The notes under the pieces: model-generated
What the model saw: the letters and a program-made list of their open reading frames with translations, nothing else
Told to the model about the DNA's origin: nothing
The model's database searches: none
Origin: Raillietiella orientalis
Taxonomy: Eukaryota
NCBI GenBank assembly: GCA_036172245.1
Contig: JAYWIR010000009.1
Location: forward strand, 4,402,001 to 4,466,000
Direction: 5' to 3'
DNA length: 64,000 nt
Position numbers and translations under genes: made by a program
Part shown: positions 62,200 to 64,000 of the stretch, piece by piece
How the letters are laid out: every line of letters starts with the position of its first letter
Numbering within the stretch: position 1 is the stretch's first letter

Positions 62200-63600
62200 T
62201 AAAATTATTTAAATGACAATATTCGTTCGCAATGAAAGGAGGATGAGTTTTCCACAGAAACGATCGCATCTCTGATCATCTTCTTGAACGCTGACTCCTT
62301 TTCTGCGATCGCTTTTCCCAAAATTGACAGGCAATGCCGAATTTCCACGATGTTGAACTTTCCAAGGGGAAGGGGGGAGGGGGATGCTCCAGGAGGAAGA
62401 CTTGCAGATAACTTGCCTGTTATTCATCGCGGAAGAAGCAAACTCGCATCGGGAGCCTGCCATGAATCCAGAGATCACGTTTCTTTATCTGCCGGCTTGC
62501 TACGACGAAACTGACATGATGATGGCAGCAGGGATCTCAAGATCTCGACAAAAATTCCCGAGCACATCTCTTTCCGATTATCTATCATCCCAGCTACATA
62601 TCCAACTCCTATAGACTTCGATGCTTTTTTTTTCCATTTTCTTTTTGTGCAACGCCTTTTTTTTTTTTTCACGAGAACTTTGCTCGTTTTCATAACCTCC
62701 TGCAGTTACTGAATGGCTAATAGCAACAATAAAGGATTATTTTAGAAAGTTAATAACTTTAATTCCTGGTAATAAACCCGGCTAGCCTATGTTCTACTCG
62801 ACGTATCATGATTCCCTTAAGGATATGCATTGCACTCAGGTTCAGACTTTGACGATAAACATTTGAGACCAGAAAAAAAGAAAAAAAAATTCAGAATCGG
62901 TGCTTTTCACTGCCAGTTGTTATATTTTCCCTTTATCATCAGACGTTTTGCTAATTTATTATGCATACCTGGTTTGCAGCAGGCCCTTGACGCTCATGGT
63001 TCCAAGTGTTCGTGTCCGGGAACACCGTGTGCTCTTCGCAAGATACGCGGAAATCCGATATGCTTTCGTGTCGGATTATGTGTTCGTGTGCACGGCGGCG
63101 TGTCCGCAGGCCCACACGCGTCTCTTACGGCGATTTTCGGTCGACATTCCGTCGGTTCTCCATACTCCGTCGATGGACTTTGATGGAGGGAGTAATTTTT
63201 AGATAGCGTGTGGTAACCGTGCAACACGGAAAGCAGGAAGTGCCAGAAGCCCGAGTTTCCATGGAACACTTCGATGCCTTCTCCTTCTCCAAGCCAAGGA
63301 TCGGATTCGCAGTCTCCTCCGTCGTTGCCTTGGCATTTTTCTAACGCTATCACTGGGAATTTTTCGAGCATGATCCTTTGCTCCGCTGTGGATTTGCTGG
63401 CAGTCGGGCAAGCTGAAGAAGAAGAATCACGTGCGTATTTCGAGGGGGATCACTCGAGTCACGATCCTCTTACAGTGGGGAATCTCGAAGTCTTCTAAAG
63501 GGGAAAACACTTCAGGTGTTTGAGAGAGCCCTACCTTTTTAACGATATCGATTCTTTTCAAAATAATGTGAATCGGTGTTTTTTTTATCCGTACAGCTTG
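62200..63600 (-). mobile_element. Decayed L1/Tx1-like endonuclease/linker fragment
   Basis: GNSGFWHFLLSVL resembles the G.G.WK(F/L)N.SLL motif at the end of L1/Tx1 endonucleases. Confidence 0.4.
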
Positions 63601-64000
63601 CTAAGTATCCTGGGACCATCACAGCTGTCAGCTGAGTGCTTCCTTATATGTCCTTTTTATCTGTACCGATAATTCACTGAAGATCTAATCAGCTGGGCAC
63701 CTTGGAATAGGGCCCGTAGTTAAAATTTTCAAACGACTATTGCGACATCGAAATAGGTTCGGGCGGCCGCAGATTCGTGCGATCTGAGACTCCTGCTTTC
63801 ACACCAAAGCCTACTTGCCCCTAGCCCGGAATCATTGTGGAAAATGGGGTGCGAAAGGATGTGTACATTACTCAGCTGTTCTCGAGTAGCTTTGGATGAC
63901 GACAACTTCTCAATTTCAGGACGATGCGCACGATGAATGGAAAATAAGGTGGTTTGAGCTTGCTGAATGGACAGCTAAAGAATTTGAAGGGGGGGGGGGG

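Overview
This is eukaryotic, most likely arthropod, genomic DNA. The left third holds one complete protein-coding gene on the minus strand: a secreted multicopper oxidase (laccase/MCO1-like). It has 10 coding exons from the ATG at 22967 to the TGA at 1253, giving 1965 nt and 654 aa. All introns are GT-AG with matching phases, all copper-ligand motifs are intact, and there is a signal peptide and a probable GPI-type C-terminal tail. I found no second host gene. The large introns and the ~41 kb upstream are mostly decayed L1/Tx1-like non-LTR retrotransposon fragments, read by eye as degenerate endonuclease, RT, GGLG and zinc-finger motifs. Interspersed are (i) a ~550-nt tRNA-headed, poly(A)-tailed SINE-like family, (ii) two ~850-bp AT-rich elements with imperfect terminal inverted repeats (MULE-type MITE-like), one of which splits a tRNA-like SINE head and has a probable 9-bp target duplication, and (iii) simple repeats. 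Most long ORFs in the track are artefacts of GC-rich, stop-poor repeat DNA. I see no evidence of a novel multi-gene system; the best leads are the possibly uncatalogued repeat families and details of the laccase gene structure. Exon coordinates were read base by base. Transposon coordinates are approximate.
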